DNA of 64,000 nucleotides, taken from Owenia fusiformis. Its lineage: Eukaryota. The DNA lies in NCBI GenBank assembly GCA_903813345.2, contig CAIIXF020000001.1, positions 10,540,001 through 10,604,000 on the forward strand, given 5' to 3'. The position numbers and the translations under genes are program-made. This document shows, piece after piece, positions 13,572 to 26,527 of this stretch (position 1 is the stretch's first letter; each line of letters starts with the position of its first letter). Below the pieces are notes generated by a model. It worked only from the letters and a program-made list of their open reading frames with translations, was not told the DNA's origin and made no database searches.

Positions 13572-16500
13572 ATGAAGACGACAAACGTCCTGCTTGTAAC
13601 ATGCGCATTGTGCTTCATGTTCACATTAACAGAAACAAGGTCTCTTCGTAAAAGAAAGAAGAACAAAGGCTCGAGCGCTTTGAGTCTAGCGGTAAGTTGA
13701 AAACTTTTACATGCATATGATGCTCCTAAATCATTAGTAATTAATGATTCAGCAAAATATATTCTTAAAATCATAAGTCAAGGGTGGTTCCCGCTGTCGT
13801 TCCCGAATTTTTTAAAAGTATTTCCAAAAATTTTCTTCAAAATCTTCATTTCTCAATTTTCCTCCTATCTCATTTTTTCAAGTTGTGGAAAAAACTTTTT
13901 CTGGACGTCGTCCGGTATTCGGCTGCCGGTAACAAATGGCAAATAGTGACATGTTGCATGTTATATTCACAATTAAGTTATTTAAGATTAATCACATAAT
14001 CATAATCATTATTATCAATACACGTTTCATCAATATATAAACATATACACTGCGCAGTTCATTATGTTTACGTAGCTCATCATGTGATCTAATTAAATTA
14101 TCATTCAATCTTTTGGCATTATGGTATACAACTCCTTTTTCTTGGTCGGTAATTTAATTGAGTTTTACACCTCGAACAAATCATTTCCCCTTGACCCCTC
14201 GGTAAATATTTTCGCTAGGTATATAAAACATGTAGTCAATCCCTCCCATTAAATAACCTCTATCAGTACATGCACTACTCGCATGTTTGATAGTTTAGTA
14301 TTTGATATGACCTTAGGTAGTCTTTTATAATGTTATTTTCTCATGATTTCTTTCGTTGTTACAAACGAATTTTGTTAAACATTATTTAGATGAGATGGGA
14401 TTATTATAATACATGATTATGTTAAGGTTTCGGCAAAATGTCACTTTAAATGCTCAGGGTAAAAACAATAAATCATGTCGTTTTAGAAAAAGTATTCATT
14501 TTGAAAAAATTGACCGCCATTCTGACCCCCAAGGCATGGTCAAGACATGTATACGAGGATTGTCCCATAAGTAATGCACTATATGCTCTAACTCTATCAA
14601 TAATTAATTGATATTTATCCATGAAATTTTCAGTAAATGTTCCTCAGAGACATTTTGATTATTCTAATTTTCATGTTGACTGATAAAACTATATTGATGT
14701 TTAATCAAGGTGAGTTTGGGTAGGGTGGGGCAGGTTATACAGTCACGTCAAAAGGAATAAAAAATTGAAAATATGAAATAATCTATCAACAGATACCATT
14801 TTGTGTAGCTATAAGAAGTATGCTAAAAAATACATTTTAAGATACGAAATTACTATGAGCACATCCGAGATTTAATGGATGTTTATTGCACAGTGTCCCA
14901 TTTCACATTTTTTCAAAAATATTGCCTTTTGCATTTTATGTACTTTTGATGCCTATCAGGTCAAACACTTTTGGCAATTTCTTCCACTGTGACTTGTGGA
15001 GTTTTTGCCTCCCATGTTTGGAGTTGTCTTTCAGGGTCAAGTCATCTCTTTTAAATCTCTTCTGCCACCTCTTAATTGTAGTTCTATCTGGTGTATACTC
15101 CTGTTATACTTTCTTCATGGTAGCATAAGTTTGTGTGGCTGTGAGTCCATCTGAAAAATTAGGCCACCAAATGCAAGGCCTCCTGTTATTAGGTGAGAAT
15201 TGTAGCCATTTTTTGTAATTTCTTGACTGTGGCTGTATTTGATTTTGTGACTATTGAACTGTGGTATTATGACATAACAGTGCTAAATGTCATTATTTGT
15301 ACTTGTTTGACATCATGCTGAATAAATTTAACAATTTCCCGAATGTTTTGATCATTTAAAAGAACGAAATATTTATAAAATAACACTTTGGATATTTTCA
15401 TAATTAGAGAAATTGGTACCTGTCCCGTCCACCCCTACCCCCATGTTGCTATAGCAACCACATTAAGACTTAATATTAATGTTTGATTCTGAAACTTCAG
15501 GATATAATAGATGAAACTTCAATTGTTATATACACAAAATGTCAGCTGAATTGAAGAATATTAAAGAAAGTTAGAGCATATAGTGCATTACTTCTGGGAC
15601 AACCCTCGTATATCCAATATTTAACTGCAAAGAGCGTGTTTGAATTCTGAGTTCTGAGAACATTTTGATTAGCAATTAATATGAATACACGGATTCGGAA
15701 TCACCATATCGTTCTCAGTGTTTCGGTTTTAACATTAATTTCTACAATCCTGATAAACATGTCTACAACTGACATTAACCGGACTATTCAGATCCAGAAT
15801 TTTAAATATCACTCCAGATTCGATAGTTCTATTATAAACCCCACTGACTCCATCAGTGCTTGTGAACGTAAACTCATCGGTCTTCAAAATATTACATTTG
15901 ATGATGATCTCACTTGGGGTGACGTTTATAGGAAAAACAGTCGTGTTGGAAAGGTGGGCACTGGAGCCCAGAAAACCATTGCAAAATTGAGGAAAATGTC
16001 GCAATTATCATTCCTTTTCGCAACAGAGAGACACACTTGAAACATTTCCTGAATTACATCCATCCATTCTTGCAGAGACAGATGGTTTCTTATAGGATAA
16101 TTGTTATAGAGCAAAAGGAACCAATCATATTCAACAAGGCATCATTAATGAATATAGGATTTAGAATTACTTCACAACTAGAAAACAGGTATTCTTGTTT
16201 CATATTCCACGATGTCGATTTGTTCCCAGAGAGTGATTTGAACATTTACTCTTGTCTCAACGGTGCAGTAATACACTTTGCTGAATTTATAGACAAACAC
16301 AATTATACATACCCCAGGTTCAGACTAACAGGTGGAGTTATCTCAATTGACAAGCGCGTATTTCAAACCGTCAACGGGTACTCGAATAGATATTGGGGCT
16401 GGGGTGGAGAGGACAAAGATTTCTTTCATCGTTTGGAAGAGAATAACATTAAAATCATTCGCTGTGAAAATGATACTCAATGCCGATACACCATGATAAA

Positions 16501-19500
16501 ACACAAACGGGACACAGGGAGTCCTAAGAACAAAGGGTTTACGATAATGAATAAAAATGAACAGGACACAAACACCGGTGGGATTACAATTGTCAACTGA
16601 CGTAAACCAAGTAGACACATTGTTTGTGTCTGAAAAACGAACTAAGATTAGCATATTTGGTGGATTTGCAAAAATGATAACAGTAAAAAACATTTAAGGA
16701 GTATCTAACATTTTAATAAATTGACTGCGACTGGAATGTAGGGGGAGGGGAGGGGGTTAAAAAGCGCAGAAAAATTATATGACGCAACTTCTCTCAAGGT
16801 TCCAGTACACCATTTCAAATGTGACCGTGTCAGCCTTAAGAATATGGCGGGATGTTATCAGTTATTACACGTTTCAGCATGTGATACGGGAAATATTCCA
16901 CGAAAGTAAAAATTGTATAACCACGAAAGCGTAGCTTGAGTGGTGATACTTTTTTACTGAGTGGAATATTTCCCGTATCACATTCGCTGAAACGTGTAAT
17001 GACGATTTTATCACATACTATGTAGAAATCTAGTGATTTGATTGGTAGCTTTCTTTGTCGTTCTTACTTCTAGTTCCTCAAATGACAAATTCATCATTTC
17101 TAATAAATAGTAACATAGATAGGAAAGTATAGAATGAAGTTGTATGACGGCATTTCGTTACCATAAGACAACGTGTGGTACATGTGCTCGTATCATATGA
17201 AATTTATGTGATTCGGGAAATACGTCATAGAAAGCAACCAATCAAATTATTAGATTTCTACATAGTATGTGATAATAACGGATATCCACTTGTTACAAAG
17301 TTGTATAATATTATCAAGTTGATCACCAGTTTGTTTGGCGAAATACATTTTTAATTTGAAAACTATATTTTCGTGTATTTTTGCTAAATGCCATTTGAGA
17401 TCGAGGGTGATTTTGAAAACAAAATTAGATAATTAGTTATTTCCCCAAAATTGTTCTTGGACAGTATTTTGTCACACATCATTATTTGAGATTGAAGGAG
17501 TGGTATCGATATGGTGAACTTTTTGAACACGCGTTTCTCTTAAACCAGTCATCAAAATATTCTGAAAATTTTACACATCGTCAATTTATATAATTAATGA
17601 TCATCTTTTGGATGGTAACATTATAATTTGAAATAAATATATCTACTTTTCTCTATACTGTTTTAGAAAACATATCGGACACTTCTTTTGTTGGTATCAT
17701 ATGTTCGGAATGAAATGAAACATCTATCCGAACCTCATTGGAACAAAAGGACATAAACACAACGTGTTTAGGTCTATCAATATTGTAATTGTACAAAGGA
17801 AAGTTTGATTGATTCTAAAAAAGTATCTTGTTTATGAAATAAAAGGTTTATCTTAATTTTTATCCATTTTGGGGGGTTTTGTTTTAGGTTTTTGCATACT
17901 TTTTGTAAAATCAACCAAAATTTCCTTTGTTTCACTAGAACATTGAGAGGTCCAAAAAATGTTTTTCCAACAAGGTTCGGAAAGACATTTTACTTCATTC
18001 TCAAGATTTGGTAGAAAGGAACAAAAAACAATTGCACTAAAAAACAAAAAATGTTACCAAAAACAGTTATAAAAAATATATATAAATAATTTTTGCATTA
18101 AATTGTTGCCAATCAGTCAACATTACATAAATGACCGTGTTTTTACAAAATGTTTTCAATAATTGGTTTAAGAGAAAAACAATGTTGTATTCAGTTCACC
18201 ATATCGATACCTATCCTTTCACACTTTTCATGTATACCAGCGTTTCGACCAATTATTGTTGATGTAAAGTGTCGGAATTGTTGATTAATGAATCTTCAAC
18301 ATAAATTATATCGTATGTTTTTTGAATCATTTCCTACATAACATCATAGTACTATCTACATGTATGTTACATTCTGTGAATTGCAAGATTTTCCCCGGGC
18401 ATGAACGCTAGATAATAATTTGATGTGAAGGTGATCATGTTTCAGCTTACCTTCGACGCGTTGGGCAACCTGGTGTGGAAAATAGCGGGGGACAAAAAAG
18501 TTACACGTAAGTGATATCAATTCCTGGCAATGGCCAGGAAATAAGAGGTTTACTATTACTGTATAGTGAATCCCCTTTATTTTACCGCATATGCCAAAAT
18601 AATGATTGGGAGTATATTGGGAGTATATATACGGGGAGTATATATTGATTTTGCCAAGAAAGAAACTATGATATCTGAATGAGGCTACCCAGAAAGATGC
18701 CCATGCCATTATGAAACTCTCCTATTAATGAACTTGTTCCCGTGATATCAGTGTACTGTAATTGCAATTGTAAAATGGGTCTCGACAACCTATTTCATTT
18801 ATCTTATCACATACTTAATATAGGATAAACCTCCATCCATATGATTGATCTCCTTCACGGAAGTATGATTGTTATAATAATCCTAATACACAATAGTTAA
18901 ATAGACAATTATAAGAACCGTAGTTCAAATCAAGAAAGGTATGACTCTCCCGAGCGCACATCCTTCATTTAAGAACGCAGTGTTAATCAGATAGCTATTA
19001 TGACAAATGTGCACCATACAATGACACATCTCGTACTTTTTATGCATAAACAGCATGTCACGTATCATCTCATTTCCACTACCATGTTTCTGTCGAATAA
19101 TTAATTGTACTTTTTATCATCATTTCAGGTTATAATGCTCAAAAAAGAAGTAAGTACAGTCAATTTTAATTGTGTCGTCCGACCCATAGTCTCAAACTAA
19201 ACAGCTACACCCCGGTCAATTGATTCAAAAACCCCAGCCTCTCATTCTTTCAAATGTGAAGACTTGTCAATTTTCTCTCATATGGTTAGCTTTTGTAATC
19301 GCTCAGTTAACAGAAACACACACGTTTACATATATAGTCGGTATATATCTTAAGAATTCCAATTTATTTTCAGAAAAGATTATACAAAAAAATCCTTTTT
19401 CGTTTGTGGATGAGGACGAGGAGGATAAGCCTAATACTCCAGGTAATTCGACCTTGATTAATGACATTGAATTAAAAAGACAGCTGAATTGGACAACCTG

Positions 19501-20344
19501 TAGCGTTCTTGCCCTATTGTACCAAACCACATTTTGCTTACATGGGCAGAATTTTCATTAATGTTCACCTTTTCGGCGATAGTTTTTATTGCTTTTTTGT
19601 TCTTTGTTATGCCAGTATAGTATTTACCTAATTAAATGCCAAACTTGATTTACCGTTTATCTTTCGTTTGAGTTCTAAATAAGCTTTGAAAAAATGCAGT
19701 TGATAGATTCTTTTAAACAATCCATTTCAGAAATTGTGATAAAAACCGGCGAAGAGGAAACTCCAGGTATGTTTGATATTTAACAACAATCATGTTCTAG
19801 ATCATTGATGTAAATAGCCAACAAACAAAAAGTAGGATAAAAAACCCTAATCCTAGTAATCATCTCAATTTCATGTCGTTATTTAGAGATTCAAGGAAGA
19901 TGGGTTCTAAATGTTTTTATGTTTTCAGAAATTATAATAGTACATCCCGGCTCTAAAGAAAAGCCAGGTAAAAGAATCTTTAATCGAAGATGAAATTGAC
20001 ATTGTAACTCATGTAAAGTCACACAGTCTTTTTGTCAATTATGTTTATGTTTAATACCAAAAAAAGTTATTAACACTTTTGATCACGGCGTTAGGATGAG
20101 CCCGTGAGACCAAACAATCGGTTTGTTATTGAAATTTCGGATAAAGTCAAGTTTAAGTTATGTTTTTGGAATGACTGATAATTTCACTCACGGCGAAATA
20201 TACCTACAGAGACATTTCCTAATCACAAACACACGATAAAAATTTGGAAACACCAATGATTCATTTATAGAAGAGGAGTCTTCTCCAGCTGAAGAGGAGG
20301 AAAACGAGAATGAGGAGGAGAAGGAGGAGGAGGAAGAAGAGTAG
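13572..20344 (+). CDS. Novel secreted microexon-family protein, paralogue A (139 aa, acidic Glu-rich tail)
   Basis: Exons 13572-13691, 18446-18506, 19129-19149 (21-nt microexon), 19374-19442, 19731-19766, 19929-19967, 20271-20344 give 420 nt in frame. MKTTNVLLVTCALCFMFTLTETRSLRKRKKNKGSSALSLA/LTFDALGNLVWKIAGDKKVT/RYNAQKR/KKIIQKNPFSFVDEDEEDKPNTP/EIVIKTGEEETP/EIIIVHPGSKEKP/EEESSPAEEEENENEEEKEEEEEE*. AATAAA at 20570. Confidence 0.82.
14554..15608. mobile_element. Tc1/mariner-type MITE
   Basis: TIRs CGAGGATTGTCCCATAAGTAATGCACTATATGCTCTAACT / AGTTAGAGCATATAGTGCATTACTTCTGGGACAACCCTCG, flanked by TA on both sides. Confidence 0.8.
15681..16697 (+). pseudogene. Intronless GT7-family beta-1,4-N-acetylgalactosaminyl/galactosyltransferase (bre-4/B4GALT-like) with two frameshifts, nested in paralogue A
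   Basis: N-terminal type II TM segment (IVLSVSVLTLISTILI). After a frameshift at about 15932-15953: GGHWSPENHCKIEENVAIIIPFRNRETHLKHFL, FNKASLMNIG, FHDVDL (DxD), NGYSNRYWGWGGEDKD. A second frameshift at about 16580 restores GL...ITVKNI* (TAA 16695-16697). Confidence 0.85.
16861..17277. mobile_element. Short non-autonomous hairpin element
   Basis: Stem ATTACACGTTTCAGC..GATACGGGAAATATTCCAC / GTGGAATATTTCCCGTATCAC..GCTGAAACGTGTAAT, followed by inverted pair TTATCACATACTATGTAGAAATCTA / TAGATTTCTACATAGTATGTGATAA. Confidence 0.6.
17502..18211. mobile_element. MITE (copy 1; shorter copy at 30751-31096 in opposite orientation)
   Basis: TIR GGTATCGATATGGTGAACT / AGTTCACCATATCGATACC. Internal sequence is shared with 30751-31096. 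Confidence 0.75.
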
Positions 20345-20779
20345 AACATTTGCTATGGTGACAACTTTCATTGGAGATAGATATGACGATGTGTGTTTAC
20401 TCATCTTTCGCATGACGAGATGTGAATCTCAGGAAAATGTGGCATTTGTTATATAATGTTTTCTAAATAGGATCATCGAATACAGCTTGAAAGTAAATAT
20501 TTATCATCAATGTTTTGTTTTATACAAGAAATGTAAACGATTGTATACTTGTTAATGATCAGGTTATCCAATAAATTAGGTACGAGCATCCCGTAAATCT
20601 TTTATTAGATAGATAAAACATTTCATATATTCTTAAGATAGTTTTAACCCATATTGTCAACAAATTCAACGTTGTTCAATTTGTCAATGTTGTCCGCAAA
20701 TGTAGCATTACATGAAGATTTGCGCTGGCGCTAATCTTCCGTTGTGTCGTATTATCGATTTGTAACAGTCGTGTGGTAA

Positions 20780-22536
20780 AAGCTTGTATTAGCGAATGCA
20801 ACTAACGCCTATCGGCTACCGGATAAACCTTATATTTTACAGGCAACTCATTTAAATATGAATAGTACCTGCCACTATTCAATTCATATCTATATAATGT
20901 TGGTCATAAAATAGTAGGTCAATATGGAAGCTGCTAGCCGTTAGTTGCATTCGCGAATATAGGCTTAATATTACCACCTGCGTTTTACAAAGTACTAGTA
21001 GACGTCAAATAGATTTAGCGTGTATTCGCAAATGCAACTAACGCCCGTCGGCTACCAGTGTAAAAGAGTAGGAGGTCCTATCAAATTATGGTCCTACTCT
21101 CCATTGATTTATATGGTGACCTAAATACAACTCTTTCCCTTATTATCTTATACACAATCAGGGCCAGGAAGGGCCGTTTAGAAAGGGGGCCATAATCCCC
21201 AGGGTACCATAATTTTTTTCACACCTGATAACCCTACTATCACACCAAACTAGTTCTCACTACGTTCTCGAAAACGGGCTTCAACTGTGTACGAACGGAC
21301 TGGACCTACTAAGAACCGTTTGGGATCTATTTACAAACTTCATCGAACGTACTCGAACGGGTAGGTCCTCTAGAACTTAGACAATGCTCAAAATTTTCTC
21401 GTGGTCGTCACGTTCTACAATTAGAACGAGTGACAACGTACTAACGACGAGCTGGACGTACTACGAACGGAGCCGTCGTACTTCAATCCTACTAGGGACG
21501 TTTTAACAACGAGTTGAACTGTCTGAGGACGTGTTGAGAACGAGGTAGAACTTATTGCAAACGGGTTTAAACTGATTAAGAACGTATTTAACACTGCTTA
21601 TGAACGAGTTAGCAAAAATATAGCTATCACACCAAACAAGTTGCGACTGCGTTCTTCAAAACTGGTTTTAAACTGTGTGCGAACGGAATGAACGTAGCTG
21701 CAACTTTCTAAGGTCTATTTACGAACTTTATGAACGTTCTCAGACGGGAATGTGATTTTAGAATTTTGAATCGATTTAAAATTCGATGGCGACCATACCG
21801 TTCTGTAATCAGGTCATGTTGACCTTCTAGACTAAGGGACGCGTTCTACGACGTTGCACACCGACGTGATGCGACCTGAACGAACTGCGAACTAGATGGA
21901 CGTATTGAAGACTGTTTAAGAACGAAGAAGCTAATTATTTCAGACATATTTCCCGACCACAGCCAGATTGAGCCCGTTTTACGACGTTTTCGTAGGACTA
22001 GCAAGAACGGGTAAGAACTAGTTTGGTGTGATAGGGGGGTTAACCTGCTATTTTATGGGCAACTCGTTTAAATATGAATAGTGCCATGCCACTATTCCAT
22101 CCCTAATTAAAGGTGCAACAATTAGTGCAGGGGGGGGGGGGGGGGGTCATTCAACGAACTTCGACCAGTGTCAAAATATATTTAATTTTGGATATTTCAT
22201 CAAGACTAACATAATATATATTTTCATTATCTACAATGAACCCCCTGGATGAACATTATTTTAGCTGATATTCCTCTCGAAACGTGGTGGATCTTAAAAA
22301 TCTATAAGTGAGACTCCCTTTATAGAAGCTTTGAACTGAATTTACACTTCTTAATGCTGAAATTGATAGTCTGTACATACATTTTAAGAAAATAGGTATG
22401 TCAAAGAAGGTTTTAGCTCAGAAAAAGTAAAAAATTTCCAATGTTCTCTCTACAGTCCTTGTTGCCCCTTTAAATGTGTTAGTTATAAAAAAGTAGGTAG
22501 CCGACAGGCGTTAGTAGCATTCGGAATATAAGCTTA
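20780..22536. mobile_element. Two adjacent small inverted-repeat elements (about 20780-20967 and 21022-22536); the second is interrupted by the 808-bp element
   Basis: Repeated terminal motif GTATT(A/C)GC(G/A)AATGCAACTAACGCC..TCGGCTACC and its reverse complement at about 20935-20967 and 22496-22536. Confidence 0.55.
21232..22039 (+). mobile_element. ~808-bp non-autonomous TIR element, full-length copy 1 of 4
   Basis: TIR CCCTACTATCACACCAAACTAGTTCT / AGAACTAGTTTGGTGTGATAGGGGG. Closely similar copies at 46136, 53833 and 62148. An internal TIR-like motif TATCACACCAAACAAGTT lies at about 21625. Confidence 0.85.
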
Positions 22537-23244
22537 AATTGATGAGAAATTCAAAAGATTTATTCCCGGCGCGTGTACCTAGGAAGGTAATAGGAAGTGC
22601 AGGGTCACGTTTACGTGAAAGTTTCATATCATGACCCCCAGAGATTAATGTCCTCCATCAATTAGGTTTTCCAGTGACCCAATTACGAGTATTCTCCTTA
22701 TACCTTTGTACTCAACTGGACAATCAATCTCTACCAAGAGGAGAACTAATCCCAAGACGAACATAATTCTACACGTCCACGTACAAGTTGTATTCAAGAC
22801 GTGTAGTTATTCACTGACAATTAAGATTACGCTTTAAATTTGAAAACCAATTTGGGTGTAACGTTTACACATTCAATTGATTATGGCGATTGTGGTGAGA
22901 TTTACTGTTTTTGGTGTTGACAATAGCCTTCGATTTGTTATATCGTCAAGGATACAGTTCTCGTGTGCAATTCACAAGAACCTGTTTGCGAATCTGTATT
23001 GAGGTCGGTCGATTACGAGGCCTTTGAACTGACTTTTATTAATCGAGTGAATAACATAAGTTCTTCAACGATATGCTTTAATTTTATTTGTAGACTCTTA
23101 TTTAAATAAACAATAAACAGCACTTATCCCAGGTAAATTATCCTTGAGGAAATGACCATGGTCAGAAGCGCACAAACCAATCACAATATCACCATAGCAA
23201 CCGTTTCGCCTATTAAAGTACTACTTAAGGATTCTTAAGTTTTT

Positions 23245-23307
23245 TATAAATACATACTGTGGATTACACCAGATATTCATCCTTCGTCGGAAGGCACCAG
23301 GGTAAGT
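23245..23307 (+). promoter_or_regulatory. TATA box and 5' non-coding exon of paralogue B
   Basis: TATAAATA at 23245, ATTCAT about 30 nt downstream, donor CAGG|GTAAGT at 23302. Matching acceptor TTTTCAG at 24114 just before the ATG at 24130. Confidence 0.6.
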
Positions 23308-24129
23308 TTGCTTTCTTATTTACGTTTACCAAATATAGCAAACCAGCACTATATTCTTTGTAAAGAAACACGATTCCAAATATAATATTTACGAACTAAT
23401 ACACACCAATGTCACAGAGATTAAATGTACATTCATGTATTTATTTGAATATAATAAATCATATACATCTTAATCATTCTGTTCCATATTTAGATGTTGT
23501 GTTTCAGTGTTGATAAATTAGTCACCTTGTTTATTTAATCTTATTTAGATTCATGAAAAAGTAATCAGGATACTTTTTTTTTCGGACCTTACTAAAATGT
23601 TCAAAAAACTTAATTATTTCAGTCTTTTTATGAGGAAATTCTGAAATTTTCTGACTTCTGCGATGAGCCTTCAAGATATCTTGAAAGCCTATGCTGATGC
23701 TCAGAGATAAAAGAGCTCAGTTCCTGAAGACATTTTTAAGATGACTGGTATTTATCAAAATGGCTGCCATTTGTCGTTAGAAATGTAATCTTTGCTAACC
23801 CAATTACCAGTTGATAGATTTTATATGCTGATAACTAGGGACAAGGGAGCTCTGTTCAAGAAGAAATTTTCAAGATGCCCGTTATTTATAAGAACCTGTT
23901 TTGTTCATCGGGATTTCCTACTCCGTAGAGTTGCTGTTTTCCAGTTCAATCAACGATACCAGAAATACCCATGCCCATGCATTACAAATATATTTACTGT
24001 TCCTTAACAGAAACATTCGTGGTGTTTGACTAGTATCACTTCAAATCTTTGTATCCTATATCTGACCCTAAAGCGTAGGAAAAGTCAACATACATCAATT
24101 TATATATTTTTCAGATCTATTTCGCTAAA

Positions 24130-24771
24130 ATGAAGTTATCAGTAATTGGACTGTTTATATGTGTGCTGGTATGTATAGCATCCGTAGTAGAATCGTCCCC
24201 TTACAGATCAGGCGGCGGATTGATGGGTGGTGTAAGTTTATTCACTCTAAACCAAACAAATTATTAAGCATCTTTTTCATCATCACTTAATAGTCTCGTG
24301 AGTATGATGGCCAATGACGAAATCATAATTGTTTTTATAGCAGCATCAACTAAAACTTTTTTTATTTCAGTTCAAATTTACTCCAAATGGAAACATGAGG
24401 TTTAAATTCATGAATAAGAGAAACAAGAATAAGAAATCTGGAAGTAAGAGAATCTTTATTTAAACACTAAGAAAAATCGCATTTTATTTGTTATAAATTA
24501 AGAATCGGTCAGTGACGTGATTAAATAGTTAAAATGCAGAAAATGTAATAATAAGTCAATATACGTACAAACAACATTTTTCTTCTTTTTCAGTTTGGAA
24601 TCCATTTATAAGGAGTAAGTGATTATTCACATTCATCGCTTTGTACTTCCGGATCTAATTTTTTACTTTTTGAATAAAGCAAGTGCTGCTTTTACATTAA
24701 AAAATATTTCTACTTCTTTTTTTTCAGAGCGTATTATAGAGAAAAGGCCATTTGGTTTGGTTGATGGCTAA
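24130..24771 (+). CDS. Novel secreted microexon-family protein, paralogue B (79 aa, minimal and basic)
   Basis: Exons 24130-24231, 24371-24443, 24594-24614 (21 nt), 24728-24771 give 240 nt. MKLSVIGLFICVLVCIASVVESSPYRSGGGLMGG/FKFTPNGNMRFKFMNKRNKNKKSG/IWNPFIR/KRIIEKRPFGLVDG*. All donors are GTAAG; AATAAA at 24922. Confidence 0.88.
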
Positions 24772-25376
24772 GAGCTAGGTTATTGCACGCGACAGTTGAA
24801 CACGAGCGGAGACTCGATGATATTTTTGACATGTCCTGGTGCAATATCTCAGGGAACCCTACATCTACGTACATGTACCACACGAGTGACTGGAGACCAT
24901 TTTGTTATATCTTTTGTATGGAATAAAAAAGGAACAGTATTTTGGTTTTATGTCATAGGTGGAGTTGGAAATTTGTAAAACAAACAATTGTTGCCTTGGC
25001 ATATCAGAGTATAGCACTTAGATTACTAGCAAAAGTATGTTTATGTGTGCACTGGTACATACTTCCCATATTTGCATTAACCGAACAGATGCAACTTTCA
25101 GAACGAAATATTAAATTGCATTAAATTTTAAAAAACTTGACATCCATAACATAGAAAATAGACACCGTAAAACAATCTTTAATTTTTCAATGTCGTTCAC
25201 CATCACCTAAGAGGATATTTATATCATACCATATTAGAAAACATGACATGGATTACAACACTCCTTACTTTTATGTTGCGAGTATGACTTAATCTCACAT
25301 ATTTCACTATTGTCCTCAGGAAATCAAAATGAAGGTTGTGAATATAAGTATAGCGAAGGGTAGACAAATAGCATAA

Positions 25377-25546
25377 AAAGTATAAAATACATTCTTCTCA
25401 TATAAATTACACGTATTGTAAAGTATAAAATACATTCTTCTCATATAAATTACACGTATTGTAAAGTATAAATTACATTCTTCTCATATAAATTACACGT
25501 ATTGTAAAGTATAAATTACATTCTTCTCATATAAATTACACGTATT
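25377..25546. repeat. 43-bp tandem repeat, 4 copies
   Basis: Unit AAAGTATAAA(A/T)TACATTCTTCTCATATAAATTACACGTATTGT. Confidence 0.9.
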
Positions 25547-26527
25547 ATAAGCAATATCTATACCTATTTAATCATGTTTATTATCAATTGTAAATGAAAA
25601 CAAGGATTCGCGTTATTTCACATATTAACGGACCAGTAACTAATCAATAGTCTTGAATATGTTCATTGCAGGCAAACAAATAGTTTTTAATGTTCAAAAT
25701 GCAGGATACAAGGTCAGAGTCTCGATTATAACAAATATTGAATTGTACTTATGTTAAACAACGTATGTCTTGTTTTCAGACTTTGAATGAGTGTGACGGA
25801 AATTCAAAATTCATTCAATTTTAATTTTTATGAACAAACTAGATGTTTGTCCCTAAACGCGAGATGGTATTTCACAATATATGCACAGCCTGAAGAGCGG
25901 CCCAACGACCTTGATATTCCGTATTCCTACACTCCCGTGAATGTGACTTTAGTTTGTAAGCTACCATAGGGCAGTACAAATCCTGAATTAACTTTAGCAA
26001 AGTTTATGATGTCAAAGAACTCTCATAAATTATACCTTGGACGTGATGGATGTAATAAAACGGAGAAATTACGGTTTGAAGATAAATTCTGTGTAATACC
26101 ATTTATGATAAGAAAACAAGCTATCCACTCGGCCGCAGGAGTATATCATTCTAAATACGATACACAAGAGAAGACGGTGAATACACGAAGGATTCGTGTT
26201 TAAGGTACTAATGTTGGGAATATTGTGCTAACAAATTTCGTCAATGATGTATAAATCGGTGTAAATACCGAGAGTATGTTAATCTTTATACATAAAGGAG
26301 GACACAATTCTTCACGGGAGTCGAAAGATTTATTGATTAATAAATAAAAATTGGACATAAATTAGAAGCACTAAGGATGAATCTTAAATTGGCATGCTGG
26401 TACCCGACGTCATACCTTTTCTATTTCACTTTGACTTTACAATGGAGTTTCTTTAATATCAAGGATTGAAAACAAAACCAGGACTAGTCTATCATTATAT
26501 TTTCTCCTTATGTTTCAGGCTCGCACG

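Noticed and set aside
14390-14458. Candidate exon 2 for paralogue A (AG...GT, 69 nt)
   Set aside because: It contains in-frame stops and has the wrong phase. 18446-18506 fits phase and homology.
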